Part shown: one piece after another, positions 10,701 to 22,151 of the stretch
Layout of the letters: every line of letters starts with the position of its first letter
Numbering within the stretch: position 1 is the first letter of the stretch
DNA from: Phoronis australis
Taxonomy: Eukaryota; Animalia; Phoronida
Direction: 5' to 3'
Assembly: GCA_002633005.1 (NCBI GenBank)
Contig: NMRA01000569.1
Span: 124,001 to 188,000, forward strand
DNA: 64,000 nt
Translations under genes and position numbers: made by a program
The notes under the pieces: model-generated
The model's input: only the letters and a program-made list of their open reading frames with translations
Databases searched by the model: none
Told to the model about the DNA's origin: nothing

Positions 10701-13700
10701 TTGTTTTTTACCAAGACTGATTTCCATTCTGCCATTTAGCAATTGATAGTCTTTTACTGACCAAGTGCACATAAAATAAATGCCAAAATTACCCTTTTCA
10801 TTTTACAAGGCCTTTACTTGGCAAAAGTCAAATTTATTGTTTTTTTGTTTGTTTGCACGCTACAAGTCACATTTCTTATCTCTTCAGCATGTATATTACA
10901 CAAAACGTGTCTCGTGAATAACTCTAACCCTATTGTTTTTCATTGAAATTGGTCGCAAGATGGCTCTGTGGTGACCATTTTCACATTTTTTTGGTTTGCT
11001 GTTTCTGGATGTTGTTTTTTTATGCGCCTACATATTTATACGTGGACGCATTATGCCGTCATCTCCGTCCGTCCGTCCGGCGTCTGGCGTCCTCTGCTCT
11101 ATCTCCATAACCCTTTGACATACGTTGAAATTTAGCACATATGTGCCTTTCAGGGATGGGGCGGCATGAGTGACCTTTCGGACAGATCCGACTACCGTTG
11201 TGCCCCTTAGTGGCAATTTTAGTTTTTTTATGCTTACCTCTTTATCGTCAAAGGTCCTGTAAGTATTTTCATAAAATTTGGCATATAGGCATCTGTTAGT
11301 GAGATGATGCTATCCTTCCGTTTTCGGATGGATTCGACGAAGTTTGCACCACCTAGTGGCCATTTTTGCTGTTTTCGAGTCTGTTTTTTGGCGTCCATCC
11401 CTTTATCAACCAAACCGCTCTAAGGATGATTGTGAAAATTAACATGTATGTTTTTACTATGAATAGGACTACTAACAATGATTTTCCGAGGTTTTTGTCT
11501 ACTGTGGCACCTCTTAGTGACAGTTTTGTTTTTTTGTGCCCATAGCTGCATCTAAACTGTTGTCAGGATCTTTATTAAATTTAGCGAGTATATTTATATA
11601 ATGTTGACAATGGATGAAGACGACTTTCAGATGAAAATTGGCATGTATGAAAATTGTGTAATGTTCTTCCTACGAAGTCGACCATGATTTTCCGACGACT
11701 TTGACTATTGTGGTGCCTCCTAGTGGCAGTTTTGTTTTTTTTTTGCGCCCATGACTTTATATTCTAAACTGTTTGCAGGATCTTTGCCAAATTTAGCAAA
11801 CGTATTTATATTATGTTCACAACGGATGACAACAGCTTTCGGACAGATCTGACTACCAGTTTACCCCCTAGTAGCAATTTTAGTTTATTAGATTTCCCTT
11901 TGTATCTTAAAAGGTCCTCAACAGATTTTCAGAAAATTTGGAATATAAGCATCTATTGGTGAGGTGATGCTATCCCCCCGTTTTCGGATGGAATCGTGGT
12001 ACTTTGCGCCACCTAGTGGCCATTATTCCTGTTTTCGAGTCGGTTGTTTGGTGTCCACCCCTCGATCAACCAAACCATTCTAAGGATGATTTTTAAAATT
12101 GGCATGTATATTTTGAGGGTGAAGAGGGTGGTTAAATTTAACGAATTCAACTACTGTGGCTCCTCCTTGTGATAGTTTTGTTTTGTTTTGCCCCCATAAC
12201 TGCATCTCCTTAACACACTACATGATCTTTATTAAATTTAGTAATTGTATGTATATGAAGCTAACAACAGACAACGTCTTTCAAGCCGATCCAATGAACG
12301 CTGTGCCTCATAGTAGCAATTTCATTTTTTCCATTTTCCTTCGTGTCTCTGAAGTTCCTTACAGGTTTTTTTGAAATTTGGTAAATAGCTTTCTATTAAA
12401 GAAGCGATGGCATTTGCCTGTTTTCTGGTGGATTGGATGTGTTTGCACCATCTAGTTGCTATTTTTATGAAACAAAAAAACAACCCTAGAAGCACACCAT
12501 TTGCGGTGCATTCATGAGCGCATTTCAACGCTCTGCATTGCTCTTGTTTCTAACTTTTGTGTGTATAGATCTGTTCAAGGGCTATCAGACATGTGACATT
12601 TGTGTACCTCTTGGACTTACCATTCTCTAGCTATTCAAGATATTGTGCTGACTGCTCTGTAATTTGTTAGATTTTCATGTCGTGTCTCCAGCGTTCTTTG
12701 AGGGACCTTTCTGAAAAGTCACACCCATTTCTTCACTCCGACTTACCGGTCTTGACTCATTCGAAATTTAATGCTTAGATGACTGTTCTTTTACCGACTT
12801 ATTTCCAGCTGCACTTTGGTGGCCTATCATATTTGTGCTTGATATTGCATTGTTTTGTTATTGACATGAATTTTACGTACAATGTTAAGCTATTCAGTAG
12901 CATGGGTGAAATTGGACCTAGGTGGCACTGTGATAGCTATTTTTGAAGTAATTATTTGTGGAGGTCTAGCTTCACAATCTTTTAACTGAACCTTTTCAAA
13001 TTCAGTATATGAATAGATCCCCTCAAGAGCTACCTGTAGTGCATTTTGATATATCATTCTTGAGTTATTCCAAATTTTCTGACTGACGACTGTCTTTTAT
13101 TGACTGATTCCCAATCCACATCTGATGGTTTATCATTTACTGTACGTTGGGTTTACAGGCATCAGGGTCATGGTTGTTGGTGTTTTTGGCTTTTTCGTCA
13201 ATCTCACCTTTTGATTTGCATTCGGTTTCCCCAAGTGGAGGTCTTGAGAGCCCTTTCATTTTATAATGTTGTGAGTGCCCAGAAGTCTTCAAATTGTGAG
13301 TGATGGTATCATCTGAAACTTGAACTGTAAAACATTAGTTTTGTGCTATATCTCTTAACATATGAATAAAATAGGAAAAGAAAATTTCAAACTTTCAGCT
13401 GTCTGCCATATTGTGTCATAAAATGGATGAGGTTTTAAAGAGAATTGATGTTCTGATATACTGGTATTTGTCATTAATGATTTTGAGTTTTACCTGAGTG
13501 TATAGTATTTCTTTTGTGATAGCTAATTGATTATTTTTTGCCAATAGTTTCAATATCAGTTTAATTTTGCTGTGTAACTAAATTTATGTGTTGTTCATTG
13601 GTGACTTCCAAATGTCTAATAATTCCATTTTCTTGTGGCAGGCTATTGGTGCCAGTATTGCAGCGATGATAGGCAGTGGAGTGCTTGTTCAGTCGATTCC

Positions 13701-16700
13701 CTACAGAGAAGGTTTAGGAGCTAAACAGCTGGCCTGGATGCTTCATAGTGGTGTTGTGGGTGCTGTGATTGCCCCGGTCTGTCTTATTGGTGGCCCACTG
13801 ATAGTCAGGGCTGCAGTCTTGACAGCTGGTGTTGTGGGAGGTGACGACTTATTCTATTCACAAATATGTAGTAAAACCTCTATAAGTCTAGTACGTTTAG
13901 GTTGAACCTGTGCTCAAGTTCTGTGTTGCAGTAGTTTACTTCATGCATTCAGCTCTTCAGATAGGCAGCTCTATCCAGTGGGATCAGGCTTGTGCTAGTT
14001 TTAATGTACTTTGAATATTAGTTAATAGACTTATGGCAGATTTGTACAAAAGAATGCTAAGAATGTAGATATTTCTAACCTCCTTTGACTGGTAGATAGT
14101 TCAGTATTCATTAAAGGAGCTTGATTGTTTGGCGACATTGTATGCTTGTGTATATTCAAAGTTACTGAATTATATTAACCTTGGTGATAGAGATCTGGGG
14201 TAGAGTCTGAATGATAGAGATCTGGGGTGGAGTGCATTTGCCCATGTGTTTACCGTATTTTATCATTTCATACAAATTTTTGAAAACTAGTTGTTGTGCA
14301 CACAATTTCCAGTCTATGGTTGTGCAAACTTATTCAGGGTTTACAAACCAATAAATAAGCATGGAGATATGATAAAAAACATGATAATGAAGTCAATTTG
14401 CAGTGTAAAGTGCACTTATGTGATATGCCCTCAAATTTTTTTTTAAGTGCAAATTCTTGAAGTAAATTGAAGTAACATGTTTCAAGGAAAAATTCCTAGT
14501 GCTGTCAAAATAGCTGCACCACAATACTGTTCACAAATATTTTGCGGAATGGGCGACACCAGAGGTTGGCTCTGGCTGGCGTACGTATGATCCAGGTTGC
14601 AGGCTGGATTGCCACCTGAAGCCATTATCCTGACATTCAGGGACTGCCCCGTTCCCATTAGTTCACCAAAATACACTGTATCATGAACAAAAAACTGTTT
14701 GAAAACTTTCCAGAATCTATGTTGATGTGTCAAACTCTACAAAAAGATTTGTGTTGCAGGGAAAGATTTTGTGAGTTAATGTGAACATTTTTACCCCTTT
14801 GCAGGTTTATCAACTGTGGCTGTGTGTGCACCTAGTGAAAAGTTCTTACAGATGGGTGGTCCACTGGCCATTGGCTTGGGTGTGGTGTTTGCATCATCAC
14901 TAGGTAAGCACTTATTGCATGTTTATCAGTCATAAGTTATTAGAAACCAGTGTGATGGTGATCTGATGTGTGCTTATATCAGTTTTATGTACCCACCTTA
15001 GCATGTGTGGGTCCATTTCTGGGTGTATCTCTGGTAGGCGTCTGCTGCTGTAACTCCTAAACCATTACAGGGTCTTTATGAAATTTGGTTGGTTTGTTTC
15101 TATGAAGACGTCATGACTATCATACTGATCTAACTACAGCTGTGCTTTCTTGTGGCAATTTTGCTTTTTCCACTGTGTCCGGTTTTAATCACAAATTGAG
15201 CATATATGTTTACTTTTATTTATTAAAGTGCTTAAAAGCAATTCCATATCAAAATTATCCAAAACAATTCCACCAGTCGACCAGGTGTCTAAGTAGAACA
15301 CCAACTGACAGTATTTGACAATATATTAATAAGCTGATCTTGAGTTATGAGCATTTATTGGTTGATACAATTTATGTAGAATCAGAATAATCAGTTGCAT
15401 TAGTCATCATCTGCTGCTTTACTTACAGGATTATCATGAAGTTTGTCACAGATATTTGAGATCATAGGGCCTACATCGACTTTTTGTGCAATTAATCACA
15501 AGTTCAGTTTTTTGCATCTGTCTCAATATCTCTCAAGTTATATAATGTACGATTTTGAAATTTTGGAGGTGTGTTCTTGTAAAGGGGAGGACAGCATTTA
15601 CATGATTTTGAACAGGTCAGTCTGGTGCTGTGTCCCCTTTTCGCAATTATTGTTTAATATCTGGTGTTTGGTGTCTGTCCACTTTGGAGGAATCGCCATA
15701 GGAGTTTCTGTTTAAAACATTGCTGTTGTCAATGACCAGAAGTACCTGATTACAGCTGTGCCCCTAAGTGGCAAGTTTATTTTTCTTTCCATCAACTTAA
15801 ATATTTACTGGTACCTCATTGATTCTTTATGAAATTGGTCAGATATGTTCTGATCAAGAGTTGGACTGCATTTGATTGATGCAGTTTTTCCCTCTCCCTT
15901 TCTATCTACAAGATGTTGTATAGTCTTTTTGAAACTTATTACTTGGCGGAATTCTTCGAATTCCGTCAAGTATGTTGGTCTGACAGCAAGTTTTTTTTTT
16001 TTGTTTGTTTGCACTCTACAGGTCGCAATTTTCGTCCGATTTTCATGAAATTTGCACACAACGTGTAGATCGGAAAGTCCTAGAAGCCTATTGTTTTTGG
16101 TCATGATCGGATACAAAATGGCGGACGTGGCGGCCATTTTGTATCTGATTTCACAGTCAAATGCTCGTAGAGGCCGCATTTTTCAACGTACAAGGCTAAA
16201 AATCAGTACGAATTTACTAGAAGGCATGTGCTACAACTGTGCAGAAAATCAGTTACTTCCGGTTAAAGATGGCGGAAATATTGGACGTGGCGCATGCGCA
16301 CCCCGAAATATGGGTAAAAACGTTTTCTCCTGTAGGGGGCGCATTTGCAAACCAATCACTTTCAAACTGGTCACGTGTTTGTTGAGTTTAATAAGCTTTT
16401 ATAAAAAATTATTGAACCGGAAGTCACTTTCAAGATGGCAGCTGTGGCACATGTTCACACGGTTTCAATCGCTCTGGTGTCGCATTTTTCACGGGAAGAG
16501 TAAATGACGTGAATTTTTGCATGTGGATTCCTTCAAGTATGGCCTTTCAAAAAGTCTGCGAGAGCGTATTTCTCAGACTTACCGTTTTCGAGTTATTTGA
16601 CTTTGAATTTCAAAAAAAACCAGCAAATTTTCAATTTTCTCGAAAAATTTTTGGATTTTTGCCAAACTACCACTATAGATAAAATTTTGAACGGGCTTTC

Positions 16701-19700
16701 AGAAGATATTTTCCATTTTGCGCTACGACGTCTACTTTTTGAATTATTCGAGATTTTCGGATACCGTTGTTCCTTCGGTCACCTAAATGCAAGCACGCAG
16801 CTGGCTGGCTTTCAGTTCACTTTGTTTTGATTATGCCTAGTTGACCCAGACTGACCCAGCTAGCACTGTTCTACTGTAGACTGGACCGTCATGTTGCGCC
16901 ATCTATTGTTCTTTATTGTAGTTGATTGTATGCTCTATCAAAGTACGTAGAGTTGTGGACGGGCTTTCAGACGATATTTTCCATTTTGCGCTACGTCTAC
17001 TTTTGAATTAATCGAGATTTTCGAATGCCGTTGTTCCTTCGGTCACCTATTATAGGACGCAGCTGGCTGGCTTTCAGTTCACTTTATTTTGGTTATGCCT
17101 AGTTGACCCAGACTGACCCAGCCAGCACTGTCTTACTGCAGACTGGACCGTCATGTTGCGCCATCTATTGTTCTTAATTGTAATTGATTGTATGCTCTCT
17201 ATTTGATTTCTTCGCTAGTCACATGAATGTTATCGTGTTTGCCAAACTATCACTTTAGATAGAGTTTGGAACGGGCTTTCATTCTTTATTGTAATTGATT
17301 GTATGCTCTCTATTTGATTTCTTCGCTAGTCACATAAATGATATCGTGTTCGTCGTCTTTTCGATTAATTCCGCCAAGTGTCGCTCCTCTGAGCGCTCTC
17401 GTTTTTAATGTTGGTACTGGGTACAAGACATGGTACACCAGTCAATTTTTTAATTATCATTGCTCTCTGTTCTGGGAATATTTGAAATAATCATCACCTC
17501 TTGCGTGTGCTGTTTATTCTTCAGCACCACCTAATCAACCTACATGGATTTTTTCTTCAAAATTTGAATTTTTAAGCTTTATAGTATATTTTTCATTGCT
17601 ACTCATTACATTTTTAAAAACGCATCAATTATACAGCAGATATGGGAGTTGTTCTGTACAATTTCAATTGCGTGGCATATTTTTATGCGCCCACATATTT
17701 ATATGTGGACGCATTATGCCGTCATCTGTGTCCGTCTGTCCATCCGGGAGGCATCCGTCCGGCGTCCGTTGTTCTATCTATAAAAAACCCGATTGATGTA
17801 TGTTCATGAAATTTTGCACATGTGTTCCTTTTATGAATGGGACAGCATGAGCGAACTTTCGGACGGATCCGACTACCGGTGTGCCCCCTAATGGCAATTT
17901 TAGTTTTTTACGTTTATCTCTGTATCTTCAAAGGTCCTCAACGTATTCATAAAATGTGGTATAAAGGCATCTATTACTGAGACGATGATATCCTCCCATT
18001 TTCGAATGGAGTTGACGTAGTTTGCGCCACCTAGTGGCCATTTTTACTGTTTTCGAGTCCGTTTTTTTTACGTCTACCCCTCTATCAACCAAACCGCTTT
18101 AAGCATGATTATGAAAATTGGTATGTATGTTTCTACTATGAAGAGGATGGTTGACGATTTTACGATGACTTCAATTACTGTAGCGCCTCCTAGTAGCAGT
18201 TTTGTTTATTTTGCGCCTATTACTATATCTCCTAAACCGTTTGCAGCATCTTTACTAAATTTAGTAAGTGCATTTATATGATGTTGACAATGGACAGCAA
18301 CGACTTTCGAACAGATCTGACGACTGGCGTGCCACCTAGTGGCAATTTTATTTTTTTTACGTTTACCTCTGTGTCTTCAAAGGTCCTCAGCGTAATTTCA
18401 TAAAATTTGGCATGCAGGCTTCTGTTAGTGCGGTAATGCTATCTTTCCGTTTCCAGATGGATTCGACCCCGTTTGCGCCACCTAGTGGCCATTTTTACTG
18501 TTTTCGAGTTTTTTGTTGGCGTCCACCCCTCTACCAACCAAACCGCTTTCAGGATAATTGTGAAAATTGGCACATACGTTTTTACTATGAAGTGGACGGC
18601 TGAGGATGATTTTCCGATGGCTTCGACTACTGTGGTGCCTCCTATTGGGAGTCTCTTTTTTGCGCCCATATGGCAATCTTCTAAACCATTTGCAGGATCT
18701 TTACTAAATTTAAGAAGTGTATTTATATGATGTTGACAACGGACGACGAAGATTTTAGGATGGATTTGACTACTGGTATGCCCCCTGTTGGCAATTTTAG
18801 TTTTACGTTTACCTCTATATCTTCAAATGTCTTAGATTTTCATAAAATTTTGAATTTGGGCATCTATTGGTGAGATAATGCTATCCTCCCGTTTTCAGAT
18901 GTAATCAAGGTACTTTACGCTAGCTAGTGGCCATTTTTGCTGGTTTCAAGTCTGTTTTTTGGCATCTACCTCTCTATCAACCAAATCATTTTAAGGATGG
19001 TTTTTGAAAATTGGCGTATATGTGCTAAGTGTGAAGAGGACGGTTGATGATGATGAGTTTGACTCCTCTGGCGCCACCTAGTGGTAGTTTTGTTTTGCGC
19101 CCATAGCTGTATCTTCTAAACCCACTGCAGGATCTTTATTAAATTTTGTTATAAGTGTATTTATATGAAGCTAACAACAGACAATGACGACTTTCAGGCG
19201 AATCCAATAAACTCTGTGCCCCCTACAGTGCTTGGAATTTTCCGCGGAAACACGGATTTCCGCTTTTTTCAAATGTTCTGTCCGCATATTTTATTAAATT
19301 TCCACATAAAAAAACGGATTTGATATAAAATTTTTGCAGCAAATTACTTTCTTACCGCGACGTTGCCGACGACTTTCACCTCGAAAAGCGGAAGTTGCTC
19401 TTTATGTTTCGGAGGAACGTAAATTGTCATAATTGCCAGGACACCTGGGATAGCAAGGTTTTCTTCAATGGTGTCTTGTGAGATTGTAAATCGCAGTGAC
19501 AAATACTACAACTCTGGAGCCAAAAATGTGTGGAGGTGGGAGTGGACGGACGAGCTAAAAAGACGCAGACACACGCTTCTGGAGGTGGTACTTAGTCCTT
19601 CCGATGTTTTGTCGGAAAAGGTCCTCATCGGCAAAAATTCGAGCCCCTCCCATTTTCAGGGCTGGGTGCGCGCACGGGGCCGTAAAAATTTCCGCTTTTT

Positions 19701-21679
19701 TGTCATGGGTCATTCCAACACCTGCCCCTAGTGGCAATTTCATTTTATTCTGTTTTCCTTTGTTCCTCTGAAGTTCCGTGACGGATTTCTATGAAATTTG
19801 GTGTATCGCTTTCTATTAAAGAAGCAATGACATGTTCCGGTTTTTAGATGGATTGTATGTTTTTGCACCATCTAGCAGCCATTTTTTTCACACAAATAAG
19901 CACACCATTTGTGATGCATTCGTGGGCGCATTTCAACGCTCTGTGTTGCTCTTGTTGTGATTTTCAGAATTTTTCGATGTTCGACACTTTAAGTAGTAGT
20001 TTTGATCACAAATTTGGCTTCAGTTTGTGGGTTGATTTGTTTAAAAATTTGCACACTTAATGTCTATGGCCGAGAATACTGTATCTCATTTTTTAAAGCA
20101 CTTTCAAAGTGAGATATCTGGTGTCAAAAAAGCAATGGTATGATGATATTTTCAAAAGGAATTTAGATGGCTGACATCTCCGGGGGCTAGTAGACAAAAA
20201 GTCTCATAACTTAGTCAGCCAGTGTTAATCTTAGGTTAGCCAAGTCATTTTTTCTGGCTTACGCAAGACGGCTAACTGATACGTTTACATAAAACAAAAT
20301 AGTGAATGCCACCACACAAACTACCTTCAGTGATCACGAAGACAGATTAAACTAAGGCTTGCAATTGTAAACCAAAAGTCTTAAAAGTAAGAATTGACTG
20401 CACATAAAGGTTGTATTGGACTTTATCAACAAGTCTGTGCATTCATCTAAATATCTACAAAATTTCAGAATTGTATAATTTTTGTGAAAGCAGGAAGCCT
20501 CTAGAATGTGATTTTATACCGGTTTGCATTTAATTGACCATGTCCTTTGAAAAGAAAGGTACAATAACAGCGAATCAATGGTATTAATAATGTAACCAAT
20601 TTTTGTTTGATATAAATTTCCAAGATGTAATCTCAAGAACTCAGCTACAATTTTCTAAGTTATTTCACTTTTTGCTTTTTTGCCACTTCAATTTATTCAT
20701 AAGTCATATTTTTATTGCTTCTCATGCAAAAGTGAATCAATTCCTAATGGCATTTTGAAGAACAATACAAAAAGCATAGTATCTGAAAGTTTCATATGAA
20801 TCTGACAATTCCCTTTGTATAGATAATATATATTTACAGTTACAAGCATGCAGTTGCCTACGCTTAAGGTTGATCTAAAAGAATTTATGGTAGTCGCCAT
20901 TTTATGGTCGAGTTAACTGAACAGTGTTTGGAAATGGAATGCTCATTATGCCTTCTTATTGTTTGTATTTACAGGAAGCATGTTCCTATCGCCTACATCT
21001 GCCTTGGGAGCAGGCCTTTACTCAATCTCAATGTATGGAGGATTGGTGCTCTTCAGCATGTTCTTATTATATGACACTCAGAAAATCATCTACAAAGCAG
21101 AAAACTACCCCGTCATGGGGGTCAGACCTTACGATCCAATTAATGCGTAAGTTTCAAGTGTGTGCACATTGAAGAGCAATCTTAAAATGCATTTTGGAAG
21201 AAGCAATAGTTTCAAGTATTTTTCATAATACCCTAAAGCTCAATGTGTCAATCACCCTCAAGTCATGATCGTCTTGATTCATTGTTATTCAATTTAGTAA
21301 GCATGCTTTGCTTTGAGTTTTTTACTAACTAGACCCCGATACTCACTTGAATTTTTTGTTTTTCAAATATCCTTTTATCCACATTTATTTTGACATATAC
21401 CTTTTCTGCTTTTCATTGGCACTATAGGTATGCATGTCGTCATGGATTCCCTGATGATTCTGTACTAGTTTATGCCTTGAGGTGTAAACGTTCATTGGTT
21501 AATTGCATGGCACTTATTGCCTAATCCCTTGTGCCATTTGCTTGTGAAATTCCAACTACTGAAATGGTTAAATTCTTTTGTTTTCTCATAGGTCTGTTGG
21601 TATTTACTTGGATACGGTGAACATCTTCATCAGAATTGCCATGTTGTTGGCTGGGGGTGGAGGCAACAGGAGAAAATAG
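7760..21679 (+). CDS. GHITM: Growth hormone-inducible transmembrane protein (GHITM/TMBIM5/MICS1), mitochondrial BI-1 family, 342 aa
   Basis: Coding exons 7760-7976, 8640-8751, 9907-10048, 13642-13840, 14805-14903, 20975-21146 and 21592-21679, all GT-AG and phase-consistent (1029 nt). Signature peptides: GLGALCYYGLGMSSEVGAIDRAVVWPQVVRDRVRSTYMY, LAWMLHSGVVGAVIAP, GGLSTVAVCAPSEKFLQMGGPL, MYGGLVLFSMFLLYDTQK, YDPINA and IYLDTVNIFIRIA...GGGGNRRK*. Confidence 0.96.
8812..8897 (-). mobile_element. 3' tail remnant of an L2/CR1-group LINE (or related SINE)
   Basis: The reverse complement GAGGGCCTTTTTGGAAAGCAGTGCTATCACTGAAGAAGCCATCCTCGTTTTAAATATTACAAC(AAAT)n resembles the 3' end of the LINE fragment at 52280-52356. 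Confidence 0.6.
10075..11010 (+). mobile_element. Truncated copies of Helentron-type non-autonomous family B (related to 15936-17403)
   Basis: 10075-10710 aligns with about 15959-16600 (CGCCAAGTATGTTG, CAGGTCGCAATTTTCGTCCGAT, GAAGCCTATTGTTTT, CCGGTTAAAGATGGCGGAAATAT, TCTCAGACTTACCGTTTTCGAGTTATTTG). A second, more degenerate start lies near 10812. Confidence 0.7.
11016..12549 (+). mobile_element. Helentron-associated non-autonomous element (HINE/DINE-1-like), family A copy 1
   Basis: T-run, then subTIR ATGCGCCTA with a nearby inverted partner (GGACGCAT), a (GTCC)n microsatellite, internal tandem subrepeats, and a 3' subTIR TGAGCGCAT followed by TTCAACGCTCTGCATTGCTCTTGTT. Same layout as 17680-19956. 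Confidence 0.75.
15936..17403 (+). mobile_element. Helentron-associated non-autonomous element, family B, apparently full length
   Basis: 5' palindrome ACTTGGCGGAATT-cttcg-AATTCCGTCAAGT; 3' subTIR AATTCCGCCAAGT (17367-17379), hairpin CGCTC-ctct-GAGCG and a T-run. Internal duplication of about 16690-16935 at about 16958-17200. Confidence 0.75.
17680..19956 (+). mobile_element. Helentron-associated non-autonomous element, family A copy 2, with ~450-bp internal tandem units and a nested hAT insertion
   Basis: TTTTATGCGCCCAC...GTGGACGCAT start, (GTCY)n microsatellite, internal units recurring at about 18024, 18475 and 18917, and the end GTGGGCGCATTTCAACGCTCTGTGTTGCTCTTGTT. Confidence 0.78.
19226..19724 (+). 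mobile_element. Internally deleted hAT-like DNA transposon with 6-bp TSD
   Basis: Imperfect TIRs CAGTGCTTGGAAT / ATTCCAACACCTG, with TSD CCCCTA at 19220-19225 and 19725-19730. It is absent from the homologous site in copy 1 (about 12301-12320). It contains the peptide SGAKNVWRWEW, which resembles an invertebrate hAT-type transposase N-terminus. Confidence 0.75.
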
Positions 21680-22151
21680 ACACGTCTTTCGTTACATCAT
21701 TTATCATCTTTGTATGTTGTGAACTGTGTGGATTTTGGACACCTAAGTGATAGTAACAAGCTCAAGTCATCAAGACATCACCAAGAGGATGTCATGTGTG
21801 TCTTTATTACTATTATTATAATCCATTCTTATTGTTTTCTTAATGAACATGGTGTAAAAGAATGTCTTTTAATAAAAAATAACGCCATGTACTGATGTGT
21901 TGTAGCTGAGTTACAAACTTGAACATTTATTAGAAATAACAATCAATCAAAAGACCTATTAATACATCTATAATTTGCTTCATTTTACTAATGAACAGGA
22001 TACCAAAAGTTTAAAAACTGCAACTGACAGAAAACAAGTTACAACTTTGTATTGGCGGAGAACTTATTTACTGTATTTACACTGTGAATTGTAACTGCAA
22101 GTGTTGTAAAGATGTCATGCCCTGAAATAAGAATTGAATGCAACAACAGTT

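Noticed and set aside
10007-19743. Paired similar ORFs (e.g. 10007-10370 versus 15805-16507, and 18412-18730) as a small gene family
   Set aside because: They lie inside copies of non-coding Helentron-type repeats, their frames are not conserved between copies, and they show no Rep or helicase motifs.
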